The notes: a model not told the origin generated them from the sequence alone. 64,000 nt of DNA from Clostridia bacterium (GCA_900752335.1 CAADUZ010000023.1:28927-92926), one strand, 5' to 3'; counted from the first letter of the stretch, positions 44,824 to 54,900 are shown. Numbers and translations are program-made.

Positions 44824-44894
44824 TTAAAATCCTCAACATTTTATATATTTGTTACTTTATTAAACTGTTTTTCAAACAATGTAGTAATTTTAAT

Positions 44895-46139
44895 TTACTC
44901 CATATTCTGTATTGCTTTAAGTACACCTAATTTTCCATATTCATATGTAAGACCACCTTGCATAAATGCTGTATATGGAGGTCTTATTGGTCCGTCACAT
45001 GAAAGTTCTATTGAAGAACCTTGAGTGAATGCTCCTGCTGCCATAATTACTTTATCTGTATAACCTGGCATGTCCCATGGCTCTGGTATTGAATCTGAAT
45101 CTATTGGCGAACCCATTTGTATTCCTTGACAGTATTTTATTAGTTTATCTGGGGTATTAAAGTTTATGTTTTGAACTATATCTGCTCTTTCTTCATTAAA
45201 CTTTGGTTCTACTTCATATCCTAGTTTTTCTAACATTCTACTTGCAAATACTGCTGTTTTTAGGCTACTTGCTACCACTGATGGTGCCATAAATATTCCT
45301 TGTAGAAAAGATTTGGTTATTCCAAGTGATGGTCCTACTTCTTTTCCTTCTCCTGGTGCAGTTAATCTTTCTGCTGCGAGTTCAACTAATTCTTTTTTTC
45401 CTGCAATATATGCGCCATTTGGTGCTATTCCTCCACCTAAATTTTTAATTAGTGAACCTACTATAACGTCTGCTCCTACTTCTATTGGCTCTTTTTCTGT
45501 AACAAATTCGCAATAGCAATTATCTATCATGATTATTACATTTTTATCATATTCTCTTATAAATTTTATAACTTTCTCTAAATCAGATATTTTTATACTC
45601 TTTCTTGTACTATATCCTTTTGAACGTTGTATTTCGATTAATTTTATTTGTCCTTTTTTTAACCTTTCTCCTATTTTTTCATAGTCAAAGTCATTGTCTA
45701 CTAAATCTATTTTTTCAAAGTTGATTCCATATGACTTTAATGAGCTAGGATTCTCTTTTATTCCTATTACTTCGTCTAATGTATCATATGGTTTTCCAGT
45801 AATACTTAACATTGTATCGCCCGGACGTAGAAATGCAAATAGAGCAACTGTTAATGCATGTGTCCCTGATATAAATTGTCCCCTAACTAACGCATCTTCT
45901 GCTTTAAAAATATCTGCAAATACTCTTTCACAAGTATCTCTCCCGATATCTCCATAACCATATCCTGTTGTTTGATTAAAGTGCATATCCGATATTCTAT
46001 TATTTTGAAATGCTTTTAGCACTTTTAATGAATTATATTCACATACATTTTGTATTTTTTCAAAGATTGGTTCTATTTCTTTTTCTACTTCTTTTGATAA
46101 ATTAATTATTTTTTCTGATATTCCAAATTGCTGATACAT
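44895..46139 (-). CDS. methionine gamma-lyase family PLP protein (YnbB / aluminium-resistance-like)
   Basis: 414 aa: TGYGYGDIGRD...GTHALTVALF...SLIKNLGGGIAPNGAYIAG, typical of the YnbB family. Confidence 0.75.
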   Translation of the reverse strand: MYQQFGISEKIINLSKEVEKEIEPIFEKIQNVCEYNSLKVLKAFQNNRISDMHFNQTTGYGYGDIGRDTCERVFADIFKAEDALVRGQFISGTHALTVALFAFLRPGDTMLSITGKPYDTLDEVIGIKENPSSLKSYGINFEKIDLVDNDFDYEKIGERLKKGQIKLIEIQRSKGYSTRKSIKISDLEKVIKFIREYDKNVIIMIDNCYCEFVTEKEPIEVGADVIVGSLIKNLGGGIAPNGAYIAGKKELVELAAERLTAPGEGKEVGPSLGITKSFLQGIFMAPSVVASSLKTAVFASRMLEKLGYEVEPKFNEERADIVQNINFNTPDKLIKYCQGIQMGSPIDSDSIPEPWDMPGYTDKVIMAAGAFTQGSSIELSCDGPIRPPYTAFMQGGLTYEYGKLGVLKAIQNME

Positions 46140-46161
46140 TATGTTTTATTCTCCTTTAATT

Positions 46162-47910
46162 CTATTCTTCTATATCGTCTGTGTAGTAAGCATTTCCATT
46201 CCATTCTTCTAATTTATAGTATTTTCCTATAAATTTAGGACTTACTTCTTCTAATTCATAAGTAGGTTCTTGGATTATTTTTCCTTCTGAATTAACTATT
46301 CCCCACTTACCATCTTCTTTTATACCTGCGAAGCCATATTCGTTTAATTCTGTTACCATATCATATTTGTTTTCTATTACTGTATTTCCATTTTTGTCTA
46401 CAAATCCCCACTTGCCATCTTTTTCACTAGCATATATGTTGTTATTTGGAAATACTTCTTCTGCTTTTAATTCTTTTCCTGTATAGTCAAAATATTTGTT
46501 TTCATTTTCTGAATATAGTCTAATATACCCATCTTCTATGTCCATATTAGCGTCGTCCATTGTTACTACAACTTCCATATTCTTGTTAATTAAGCTAACT
46601 GTACTTGTTTCTGATATATTAGCCTGCAATAGCTCTGTGTTATCTATCTTTACGATACTATTATATTTTAATTCTACTAATGATTTTCCGCTTAAATCAA
46701 TTATTCCATTATTTCTGTTGTTTGCAACAATATAATAATTATTTCCTATTTCCTCTATATTGGTATATTGCTTGTCTATTACAATGTTTCCATTATTATC
46801 TATTATTTTGTATATTCCTTCTTCGTCATATACTATATAGTGCATTCCATCTTGTGTTGGCATTTTTGCCACATATCCATCTGTTACTTCATTTCCGTTT
46901 AAGTCTAAAATTTTGCTTTCATTGTTTTCGTCTGTTACATTAACATATATTCCACCAAAACTCATATTAGTGTATTTTGTATCTATTTTTATATTTCCAT
47001 TTCTATCTGCAATTCCTTGTTTTCCATTTCTTTGCACTATAAATACGTCATTATATGAATAATACATTATTTCTTCATATTCATAATTTAATACTACTTT
47101 TTTATTTTTTAGTAATCCTGCTTGTCCATCTTTATACGCTATTATATAAATATCGTCTTCATTTTCTATTTCTGTAACTCTTTCTATCTCTGTGTATATT
47201 GTATCTAATATTTTTTTACCTCTATAATCTACGTATCCATATCTATAGCCTTCTTCATTTATATTGCAAACTATGAAGCCTGTTTTTTGATACTTTGTTT
47301 CTGCATCATAATAGTTGTCAACAGTTATATTGTCATATTCTGGTTTTATAACTACTTTACCATTTATATTTATTACACCATATTTACCATTTTCTTTAAC
47401 AAGTAGCATTCCTTCTTTATATGTTACTGCAGATATATCTTCATAAATAGGTTCTGTAATTTCTTCTCCTTCTGTACTAATTATTCCATACTTTCCATCT
47501 TTTTTATATTTTAATACTGTATTTTCGTATGGTACGCCATCTGCTGTTGAATCTGTTGGAATTGCTTGCACATTGCTGTAACCAGTAATTATCTGCTCTC
47601 TTTTTTCATTAAGCACTTTCGTTTCATATTCTTTTGTTTCTGTGTTGTAATTAGACATACAAATAAATAGTGGTTTTGAAGGATTTGGAATTTGGATTAC
47701 ATTATATGTTGGCTCAACTACTATATTTCCATCTCCATCTATTACACCATAGCTACCATCTTTTTCTATAATGTTGTACTCTATATTGCTAACATATTCA
47801 ACGTCAAATATATATTTAGCCCTTTCTGAAAAATATATTATTAAACTTACCGCTACTGCTATAATTATTAATACTAATACAATAAATACTATTACTTTCT
47901 TTTTATTCAT
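46162..47910 (-). CDS. WG-repeat (KWG) protein, membrane anchored
   Basis: 582 aa with an N-terminal TM and many repeats of DGKYG(V/I)I(D/N)xxGxxVIxPxY. Confidence 0.8.
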   Translation of the reverse strand: MNKKKVIVFIVLVLIIIAVAVSLIIYFSERAKYIFDVEYVSNIEYNIIEKDGSYGVIDGDGNIVVEPTYNVIQIPNPSKPLFICMSNYNTETKEYETKVLNEKREQIITGYSNVQAIPTDSTADGVPYENTVLKYKKDGKYGIISTEGEEITEPIYEDISAVTYKEGMLLVKENGKYGVININGKVVIKPEYDNITVDNYYDAETKYQKTGFIVCNINEEGYRYGYVDYRGKKILDTIYTEIERVTEIENEDDIYIIAYKDGQAGLLKNKKVVLNYEYEEIMYYSYNDVFIVQRNGKQGIADRNGNIKIDTKYTNMSFGGIYVNVTDENNESKILDLNGNEVTDGYVAKMPTQDGMHYIVYDEEGIYKIIDNNGNIVIDKQYTNIEEIGNNYYIVANNRNNGIIDLSGKSLVELKYNSIVKIDNTELLQANISETSTVSLINKNMEVVVTMDDANMDIEDGYIRLYSENENKYFDYTGKELKAEEVFPNNNIYASEKDGKWGFVDKNGNTVIENKYDMVTELNEYGFAGIKEDGKWGIVNSEGKIIQEPTYELEEVSPKFIGKYYKLEEWNGNAYYTDDIEE

Positions 47911-47930
47911 ATATATTCTCCTTTGTTTGA

Positions 47931-49259
47931 TTATTCTTCTTCCTCTTTTATCTCCTCTTGGTCTTCACCATTCATGTTTCTACATACCTTAACATACTTT
48001 ATTCTTTTATCGTCAATTTCTTCTACCTTATATGTTAAATGTTCATCTTCTATTACAGGATGCTCATCTTCATCTGGTATTCTTCCTAATTTATCTATTA
48101 AGTATCCTGATAAAGTTTCGTAATCTCCTTCTGGAAGTTCAATATCAAAAATTTTCTTTAGTTCATACGAAGTAATTGTTCCGCTTAATATATATGTGTT
48201 TTCGTCTATTTTTTTGTAATCAATTTCTTCGTCGTCATATTCGTCAAATATATTTCCTACAAGTTCTTCTATTATGTCTTCCATAGTAATTAAACCTGCT
48301 GTTCCACCATATTCGTCTATAGCTATGGCTATTTGTACTTTATTTTGTTGCATTTCTTTAAATAACTCGTCTATGTCCTTTGATTCTGGTACAAAATATG
48401 GTTCTCTTATTAACTTTCTTATATCCACTTTTTTGTTGTCTTTTAATGGTTTTAATATATCTTTTACAAATAGAATTCCCTTTATGTCGTCAATATTGTC
48501 TTCATATACTGGTATTCTACTATATTTAAATTCGTCAATTTCATCCAATGTATCATTTATATCCGAGTTTATATCTATGGCATACATTTCGGTTCTAGGT
48601 GTCATTACTTCTGATACAATTATGTCATTAAATTCAAATACATTATTTAATAACTGCTTTTCTCCTCTTTCTATAGTTCCTTTTTCTTCACCTTCGTCTA
48701 TCATCATCTTTATTTCTTCTTCTGTAACAACCTCTTCTTCTGCCTCTCCTACACCGAATATTTTTGATACCATATTAGTTGAAAAAGTAAGCAATTTTAC
48801 AAATGGTGCTGTTATTATAGATATTCCTCTAATCACACCTATGGTAGCATATGAAATTTTTTCATAATACTTCATAGCTAGTCTTTTTGGAACTAGTTCG
48901 CCAAATACTAAAGTAAAGAAAGAAAGTATAATTGTAATTAATATAATTGATATTCCTCTCCATGCTTCCAAGCTTAAAAATGGCATCCATGAATTTAATA
49001 CAGGTGCTAATTTATCTGCAAATGCATCTGATGCGAATGCACTTGATAAAAATCCTGCTAATGTTATTCCTATTTGTATGGTAGCTAGAAATTTACTTGG
49101 CGATTTCAACATTTTTAGAATATTTTTTGCTTTTTTATTTCCTTCTTTTGCTTCCTTCTCTATTTTTGCATCATTCAAAGATATAAAAGCGATTTCTGTA
49201 GCCGCAAAGTACGCATTAAGTAGAATTAAAATGACTAAAACTATAATTTGTGTAAGCAT
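47931..49259 (-). CDS. hemolysin/CNNM family protein (DUF21-CBS-CorC_HlyC)
   Basis: 442 aa with N-terminal DUF21 TMs, a CBS pair (VMTPRTEM...), and a C-terminal CorC/HlyC domain. Confidence 0.85.
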   Translation of the reverse strand: MLTQIIVLVILILLNAYFAATEIAFISLNDAKIEKEAKEGNKKAKNILKMLKSPSKFLATIQIGITLAGFLSSAFASDAFADKLAPVLNSWMPFLSLEAWRGISIILITIILSFFTLVFGELVPKRLAMKYYEKISYATIGVIRGISIITAPFVKLLTFSTNMVSKIFGVGEAEEEVVTEEEIKMMIDEGEEKGTIERGEKQLLNNVFEFNDIIVSEVMTPRTEMYAIDINSDINDTLDEIDEFKYSRIPVYEDNIDDIKGILFVKDILKPLKDNKKVDIRKLIREPYFVPESKDIDELFKEMQQNKVQIAIAIDEYGGTAGLITMEDIIEELVGNIFDEYDDEEIDYKKIDENTYILSGTITSYELKKIFDIELPEGDYETLSGYLIDKLGRIPDEDEHPVIEDEHLTYKVEEIDDKRIKYVKVCRNMNGEDQEEIKEEEE

Positions 49260-49389
49260 TAAAAAATTACCTTCCTTATTTTAATTATATTACAGAACAA
49301 AAGTGAAAATTTTGAATTGTCACCCTGAACACTAACTCAAAGTTAGTGCTCTTTTTATAAAGACGTTGTTTTTAAGTTTCCACCTATTT

Positions 49390-50652
49390 CTAGGCAACCC
49401 TTTTCTTTAATGGTCGTTGTTCTCGACCAATATCCATCGCTATTTCTAGGTTTGGACTAAAGCTTTTTACATATTTTCTTAATATATTTAAACTTCCATT
49501 TATATCACTATTTATTATTTTTCCGGTATTTGTCTTAAATAAACCTCTTTTTATTCTTCTTGCCTTTTTGTAATTTTCTCTATTTATTTCTTCTTTATCT
49601 ATACTACTTACTCCTGAAGTATAACTTTCTTCTATAAATATTACTTCTTTTCCTTCTAGCTCTGCTTTATATTTTATTTTTTGTACTAATTTTTGTATTG
49701 GCATTTCTACAAATCTTTTATTGTTTTTCATTTCTTGCTTTATGTTTTTTATATTTCCTATTACTATTCTGTCACATTCGTTTTCTATTGCATAATTTAC
49801 TATCATTCTACTTGCCTTATGCATATAAGTATTGCAATATTTTCTTCTCTTTATATATATCTTTTCTATTTGTGTTGTGTTCTTATATTTTTTACTTCCT
49901 ACCATTTTCATTTGTATTCTTTCTAATCTCTCTATCTCTTTATTATAATATCTTATTTTTGATTTTATACTTTCTCCTGCTATTATTAATGTTTCATTAT
50001 TATTCATATTTGTACATGTCGCTAGATTATTTAATCCTAAATCTATTGCCATTACATTTGTTCCTTCTTTTGCTTTTTCTTCTTTTTCATATATCATTTC
50101 CATTTTATATTTATTCTCTTTATCTTTTCTTACCTTTATCATTTTTATTGCTGAAAAATTTATTAGCTTCTTTAATTTCTTTGGAATTAAAAAATTTAAA
50201 CTCTTTACTTTAAACTTTTCTTGCATTTCTTTCGATATTGATAATTTTAATTTATTTCCTTCTAGCCTTATTGCATATTTGGTAAATGTTATTTGTATTT
50301 TTCCTAAATTTTTATATTTTGGTTTTTTTGGTTCGCCTTTTATATTCTTATCCCTATTGTTATACTTTTCTTTAAGTGCTAGATATGATTTATGGTCACT
50401 TACACAATTTAAGATAATTTCTAATAATGTATGTGAATGTAAATATTTAGAATGCCAATTCTCTTTTCTGTACTTTTTATATATTTTGCTACTTTGTATA
50501 TTCAAACTTTTTTCTAATGATATTTTTTCTTTTCCTCGATATATATCATAATTTAATGTGTTATATACTTTTTCACAGTGCCACATTATATCTTCTATTA
50601 TTTCTTTTTGGATAAGATTTGGCTTAAATGTATATTGAAATATTAATCTCAT
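49390..50652 (-). CDS. tnpB: RNA-guided endonuclease TnpB (IS1341-type)
   Basis: 420 aa. RuvC-I AIDLGLNN, RuvC-II IEESYTS, RuvC-III NSDINGSLNI. There are no Cys pairs between II and III (the KRGLF subclass). Confidence 0.85.
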   Translation of the reverse strand: MRLIFQYTFKPNLIQKEIIEDIMWHCEKVYNTLNYDIYRGKEKISLEKSLNIQSSKIYKKYRKENWHSKYLHSHTLLEIILNCVSDHKSYLALKEKYNNRDKNIKGEPKKPKYKNLGKIQITFTKYAIRLEGNKLKLSISKEMQEKFKVKSLNFLIPKKLKKLINFSAIKMIKVRKDKENKYKMEMIYEKEEKAKEGTNVMAIDLGLNNLATCTNMNNNETLIIAGESIKSKIRYYNKEIERLERIQMKMVGSKKYKNTTQIEKIYIKRRKYCNTYMHKASRMIVNYAIENECDRIVIGNIKNIKQEMKNNKRFVEMPIQKLVQKIKYKAELEGKEVIFIEESYTSGVSSIDKEEINRENYKKARRIKRGLFKTNTGKIINSDINGSLNILRKYVKSFSPNLEIAMDIGREQRPLKKRVA

Positions 50653-50894
50653 TTTCTCACCACCATTCTATATGCCATATTATATCATAGTAAACACATT
50701 TTCGTAACAATATCATCTATTTTTTATAACATTTTGTTGTACTTTCTTATTAAATAAAAAATATAATATACATTAGTTTAAAATATATATCTTTTTACAT
50801 ATATAATGATAATTTATTTAGCCTTCAATGTCAAGGAAATCTAAAGAAAAACACTAAAGCAAATGCAAGAAAATATTAGGTTTTGTTTGCATTA

Positions 50895-51070
50895 GAAACT
50901 GTCTAGATTGAAAATTTAGCAGGAGCGCGTAGCGACCAAACGAGTCTTCTTTTTAGAAGACGAGTGCGATTGGAGAAACCTAGCAGATTTAAAGAAAATT
51001 TGTTTTCTTTAAATCTGCTTATATGGTTTCGACTGCAAGCGACAAAAAATTTGAAAAATAGACAGTTTTC
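50895..51070. repeat. 176-bp GC-enriched palindromic (MITE-like) element
   Basis: Terminal inverted GAAACTGTCTA (50895-50905) and TAGACAGTTTTC (51059-51070). Internal perfect hairpins: 50941-50964 (10-bp stem) and 50981-51018 (17-bp stem). Confidence 0.6.
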
Positions 51071-51084
51071 ATGCTTTTCTTTAA

Positions 51085-52362
51085 TTAAAATCCAGTCCTA
51101 GGTAAGTACTTTTCTTTTTCTCCTGTTCTTGTTATTTCCTTATCTTCTACTTCAACTTCTTTTTCTTCATCTTCTGGTTTTTCATAATTGTTTACATTTA
51201 CTGTATATTTTTGGTTTAATTCTATATCTATTTCTATTAAGTCTTTGTATAATGTATATCCTTCTGGTGCTTTTATTTCTTGTATGTAATATTTCCCTGG
51301 AAGAACTTTATCAATTACAGCTAAACCTTCTTCATTTGTTGTAATGTCTGAATATACTATATTTCCATTTGCATCCAATATATTAAATTTTGCACCTTTA
51401 AGTGGCTTTTCTGTTTCTGCATCTTTTTTTACTATTTCTATTTTAGTTTCATTTGTTGTGTATTTTATTTTTATTTTGGCATTTTCAAATTCATAATCAC
51501 CTGCTGCTAATGCATAGCTTTGTTTACTGCTATCTCCAGAGTTTCCATAGAGTATTGGCCTCGTTTTTACGTCTGCTACTGCTTCTATTTCAATTTCTCC
51601 ACTTGTATCTAATTCACTTATTGGAATTAAAACTTTAAAATTTTCTCCGCTTTTTAGTTCTGTTTTTTCTTCATTGTTTCCATCTACTATTTTAATATTA
51701 TTTATCCCTGTCTTGTTTACTTTAAGTGAATATTTATCATATTGCACATTACACAAAACCTCAAATTCTCTGCTAATATACTTGCTATCTATATTATCTA
51801 CTTTCCAGCCCTCACTTAATTCATTAATGCTAACTACCGACACCGGCTTTGTTTCTGAAGATGCTCGTGCTGCTTTTGCGATTTTTTCAGCAGCTGCTAC
51901 CACTCTATCTCCTTGTGAATTTAGACCTTCGAAATCGTCAAAATCATAATTATACATTGCATCATATACTGCCATTTTTGTTGCCGCAAATGCTTCTATA
52001 TCACTATTACAACCTAATTGTTTTGCAGTTTTAAAAGGATAACCATTTACAACTGCTCTCCAAATTTTGCTATTAGTTACTAGTTTATCAGCAGTTACTG
52101 TATAACCTTCTTCCTCTGTAACACCCGGTAAGTTTCTATTTAAGCAATATGCTGGATACTCTATCCCGTCCTTTTTATATACAACAAATTCTACCCCAAC
52201 TTTTATTCCTTGATATGTAAAGCAAACTAATTCTCCTTTTGAGTATAAATCCGCTTCTTCTATTAAATATGTTGCAGCTTTTGAGTTTGTTTTAAAAACA
52301 CTTAATGTTGTAATTATTATTACTAATATTGTAAAAATTATTAAAATATTTTTTATTTTCAT
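51085..52362 (-). CDS. surface adhesin: thioester-domain-like N-terminus plus Cna-B/SpaA-type domains, LPXTG at the extreme C-terminus
   Basis: Signal peptide from ATG 52362 (AAGGAG upstream). TED-like AYCLNRNLPG ... NGYPFKTAKQLG ... FAATKMAVY. Cna-B-like KIEIVKKDAETEKPLKGAKFNI...LPGKYYIQEIKAPEGY. The protein ends LPRTGF-stop. Confidence 0.7.
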   Translation of the reverse strand: MKIKNILIIFTILVIIITTLSVFKTNSKAATYLIEEADLYSKGELVCFTYQGIKVGVEFVVYKKDGIEYPAYCLNRNLPGVTEEEGYTVTADKLVTNSKIWRAVVNGYPFKTAKQLGCNSDIEAFAATKMAVYDAMYNYDFDDFEGLNSQGDRVVAAAEKIAKAARASSETKPVSVVSINELSEGWKVDNIDSKYISREFEVLCNVQYDKYSLKVNKTGINNIKIVDGNNEEKTELKSGENFKVLIPISELDTSGEIEIEAVADVKTRPILYGNSGDSSKQSYALAAGDYEFENAKIKIKYTTNETKIEIVKKDAETEKPLKGAKFNILDANGNIVYSDITTNEEGLAVIDKVLPGKYYIQEIKAPEGYTLYKDLIEIDIELNQKYTVNVNNYEKPEDEEKEVEVEDKEITRTGEKEKYLPRTGF

Positions 52363-52379
52363 ATATCTCCTTCTTTCTT

Positions 52380-53021
52380 TTACATAATTTCTACTGCTTG
52401 AATACACCTTCTATATTCATACATATTTTCTACACATGTTATTAGTGTTATCCTATTATCTTCTGTATTTTCTATATATGTCCAGTCAGTTTGGTGTATT
52501 ATTTTATTTAATACAACTTCATATTCTTTTCTTCCTCCATCTGTGTAATATATTATTTTATCGCCGTTTTTTAATTTTTTTATTTCTCCGAAAAAGTCGC
52601 AATTATATCCTCTATTATGCCCCGCTAAAGCTACATTGCCTTCATATTTTTCGCTTTCTTCAAAATGACCTACTGCATCTGCTAGTACCTCTTGGCTTGT
52701 CCCTTCTTTTATAGGTGCAAGTAAATTTATCTTTGGTATTTCTATTATCCATTTACTTTGGTTCATTTTTAAATTTTCCGACAAATTACTTGTTCCACTA
52801 TCTGTATCGGCTATCATTCTTTCAAAAATATCTGCTACTTTCAGTATATCTATTTTTTTATTTGCCATGGTAACTGCATCAAATTTTTTTGATAAATTAT
52901 TTTGGACATTATTTTGATTAGCTATAATTAAAGAATCTAAAAGCATGAAAGAAAATAGCATTAGAATTAAGCTTATACAAATAGAAACAATATTTATCCA
53001 TTTACTTGTATAATTTAGCAC
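52380..53021 (-). CDS. sortase (class D/E-like)
   Basis: 213 aa with an N-terminal TM, VALAGHN and RITLITC active-site motifs. It lies directly upstream of the LPXTG protein. Confidence 0.8.
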   Translation of the reverse strand: MLNYTSKWINIVSICISLILMLFSFMLLDSLIIANQNNVQNNLSKKFDAVTMANKKIDILKVADIFERMIADTDSGTSNLSENLKMNQSKWIIEIPKINLLAPIKEGTSQEVLADAVGHFEESEKYEGNVALAGHNRGYNCDFFGEIKKLKNGDKIIYYTDGGRKEYEVVLNKIIHQTDWTYIENTEDNRITLITCVENMYEYRRCIQAVEIM

Positions 53022-53313
53022 ATAAAATACACCTTCTTTATTATGAATTTGTTGATTAAAACATTGATTTTAATTTCGATTTAATTTGTAAGTTTTGAAA
53101 TTAATTTACCAGAATTAAATTTTGAAATTAAATGTAAAAGATTTTAATTAGTTTGATAAAATTGCAATTTTAAACTGCTTATATATTACTACATTTTCCA
53201 TAATTTGTAAAGAACTTTTCATAGACAAATTTCGACAAATATGTATATATTTCGGCACTTTCTTAATGTATTACTATATTATTTAGTTAGTAACATTATA
53301 AAATGTCATAAAA

Positions 53314-53361
53314 ACAGAATTATTATAATATGTTAGTGCAATAACATAAATAATAATTCTG
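53314..53361 (-). terminator. hairpin after the histidine kinase
   Basis: CAGAATTATTAT ... ATAATAATTCTG, a 12-bp outer stem, just downstream of the stop at 53375. Confidence 0.45.
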
Positions 53362-53374
53362 CTCTTCTTTCTTA

Positions 53375-54886
53375 TTATTCTCTTTCTTCCTTTTCTTCTG
53401 CTTCTTTATCTAGTTCAAAATAGAACTCTACTCCATTTTCTTTATTTATAACACCATAATCATTTTTGTAATTATTCATAATAGCCTTTACAAGTGCAAG
53501 TCCTATTCCTGTACCTCCGTCTGTTCTGTTTCTTGAAGTATCTTCTTTATAGAACCTTCCCCAAATTTTATTTAAATGTTCTTCTGGGATAGGATTTCCA
53601 GTATTAAATACAGACACTCTTATTTTATTGTCTTTTTCTTCTATGGTTATTTTTATCTTTTTTTCTTTGTTTACTTCTATTGTATGTTTTATGGCATTTG
53701 TAAAATAATTTGTTACAACTTGTTCTATGTAAAAGTCGTCTGCATTTACCATTACAGGCTTATTTGCCTCAAAGTCTATAGTAATATTTTTCTCCTCTAT
53801 CATTACTTTACATTTTCTAATAACTTCATTAATTAGTTCTACTATATTAAAGGTTTCATTATTAAATTCTCTTTTTCCATACTCTAGTTTCATTAATTCT
53901 AATAATTGTTTTACAAGAGTATCCATTTTATTTGATTCGTCTAAAATAACTTCTGCATAAAACTTTCTAGATTCGTCGTCCGTGTTTACATTTTCAAGTA
54001 ATCCTTCTGCATAGCCTTGTATTAATGCTATTGGTGTTTTTAATTCATGCGATACGTCTGAAATAAATTGCTTTCTCATTTCGTCTATTTTAGATTTTTC
54101 TTCAATATCTTTTTCTAGTTCTGAATTATTCTCTCTTAATTGCTTTATAGTTCCCTCTAGTTTATCTGACATTGTGTTTATATTTTTGCCAAGTTCATTT
54201 ATTTCGTCGTCTGTATCTGCAATTCTATATTTTTGGCTAAAATCTAATCTTGCCATTTTATTTGTAATATCATTTAGTTCCACTATTGGATTAGTAAATT
54301 TTTTTGATATATATGATGCTATAAATGCTGAAATAAGTAGAATGATAAGTCCTATTACTATTAGTGCTTGATTAGAAATCTCTACGCTTTCCTCTATTGG
54401 CACCGTAGGCATACTTATATATAAATGATATCCATTATCTAATCTTCCAGAAAGCAAAATATAGCTTATATTATTATTTTGGTCATTTATTTTTTCTACC
54501 CTTATTTCTTCGTCTTGATATATCACGCTGTCTTGATTTCCATCTTTATATCTACTAGTATCAGTTATCACTTCTAGTATAGTGTAAAAATCTCTATTGG
54601 TACTAAAAACAATTACATTTTGATCTGTTTCTATAAATATATCAAAATTATTATTAAATGCTATTCGTTGCAATTCGTCTTCAATATTGCTATCACCATT
54701 TAAGTTATAATAGTTATTAATTTTTTCATATACCCCTTTTACTGTTTGAGTTTTTGAGTATAAATAAAAAGATTCAAGTACTATACTATTTATAGCAACC
54801 AAACATAGTACAATAACTGCAATTACAAAGCATAATGTTAAAAACAACTTAAATCTTACAGATTTAAAATTACTCCTCGTTTTCAT
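53375..54886 (-). CDS. sensor histidine kinase (HAMP-HisKA-HATPase_c)
   Basis: 503 aa with two TMs flanking an extracellular domain. H-box FISDVSHELKTP, N-box NAIKH, G-box GTGIGLALV. Confidence 0.85.
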   Translation of the reverse strand: MKTRSNFKSVRFKLFLTLCFVIAVIVLCLVAINSIVLESFYLYSKTQTVKGVYEKINNYYNLNGDSNIEDELQRIAFNNNFDIFIETDQNVIVFSTNRDFYTILEVITDTSRYKDGNQDSVIYQDEEIRVEKINDQNNNISYILLSGRLDNGYHLYISMPTVPIEESVEISNQALIVIGLIILLISAFIASYISKKFTNPIVELNDITNKMARLDFSQKYRIADTDDEINELGKNINTMSDKLEGTIKQLRENNSELEKDIEEKSKIDEMRKQFISDVSHELKTPIALIQGYAEGLLENVNTDDESRKFYAEVILDESNKMDTLVKQLLELMKLEYGKREFNNETFNIVELINEVIRKCKVMIEEKNITIDFEANKPVMVNADDFYIEQVVTNYFTNAIKHTIEVNKEKKIKITIEEKDNKIRVSVFNTGNPIPEEHLNKIWGRFYKEDTSRNRTDGGTGIGLALVKAIMNNYKNDYGVINKENGVEFYFELDKEAEEKEERE

Positions 54887-54900
54887 ATTTTTCTTCCTTT

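Larger units (their letters stand above)
49300..51084 (-). mobile_element. IS200/IS605-family tnpB-only element; ends not resolved
   Basis: tnpB plus a downstream stem-loop GAGCACTAACT-ttg-AGTTAGTGTTC (rc of 49327-49351), typical of a right-end/omega-RNA region. The left boundary is uncertain and may or may not include the 176-bp palindromic element. Confidence 0.45.

Noticed and set aside
50820-50894. The hydrophobic frame (NLIFSCICFSVFL-stop-ISLTLKAK) just beyond the palindromic element as the lost sorting-signal tail of the LPXTG protein.
   Set aside because: It contains an internal stop. It is out of frame with the adhesin after removal of the 176 bp, and the adhesin stop precedes the element by 14 nt. 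Hydrophobic runs arise by chance in AT-rich DNA.
50895-51070. Riboswitch or other cis-regulatory leader.
   Set aside because: It lies downstream of the adhesin gene and about 240 nt upstream of tnpB, separated from it by a promoter-like TTGACA-17-TATCAT. It matches no riboswitch consensus I can recall. It is kept as a palindromic element of unknown class.
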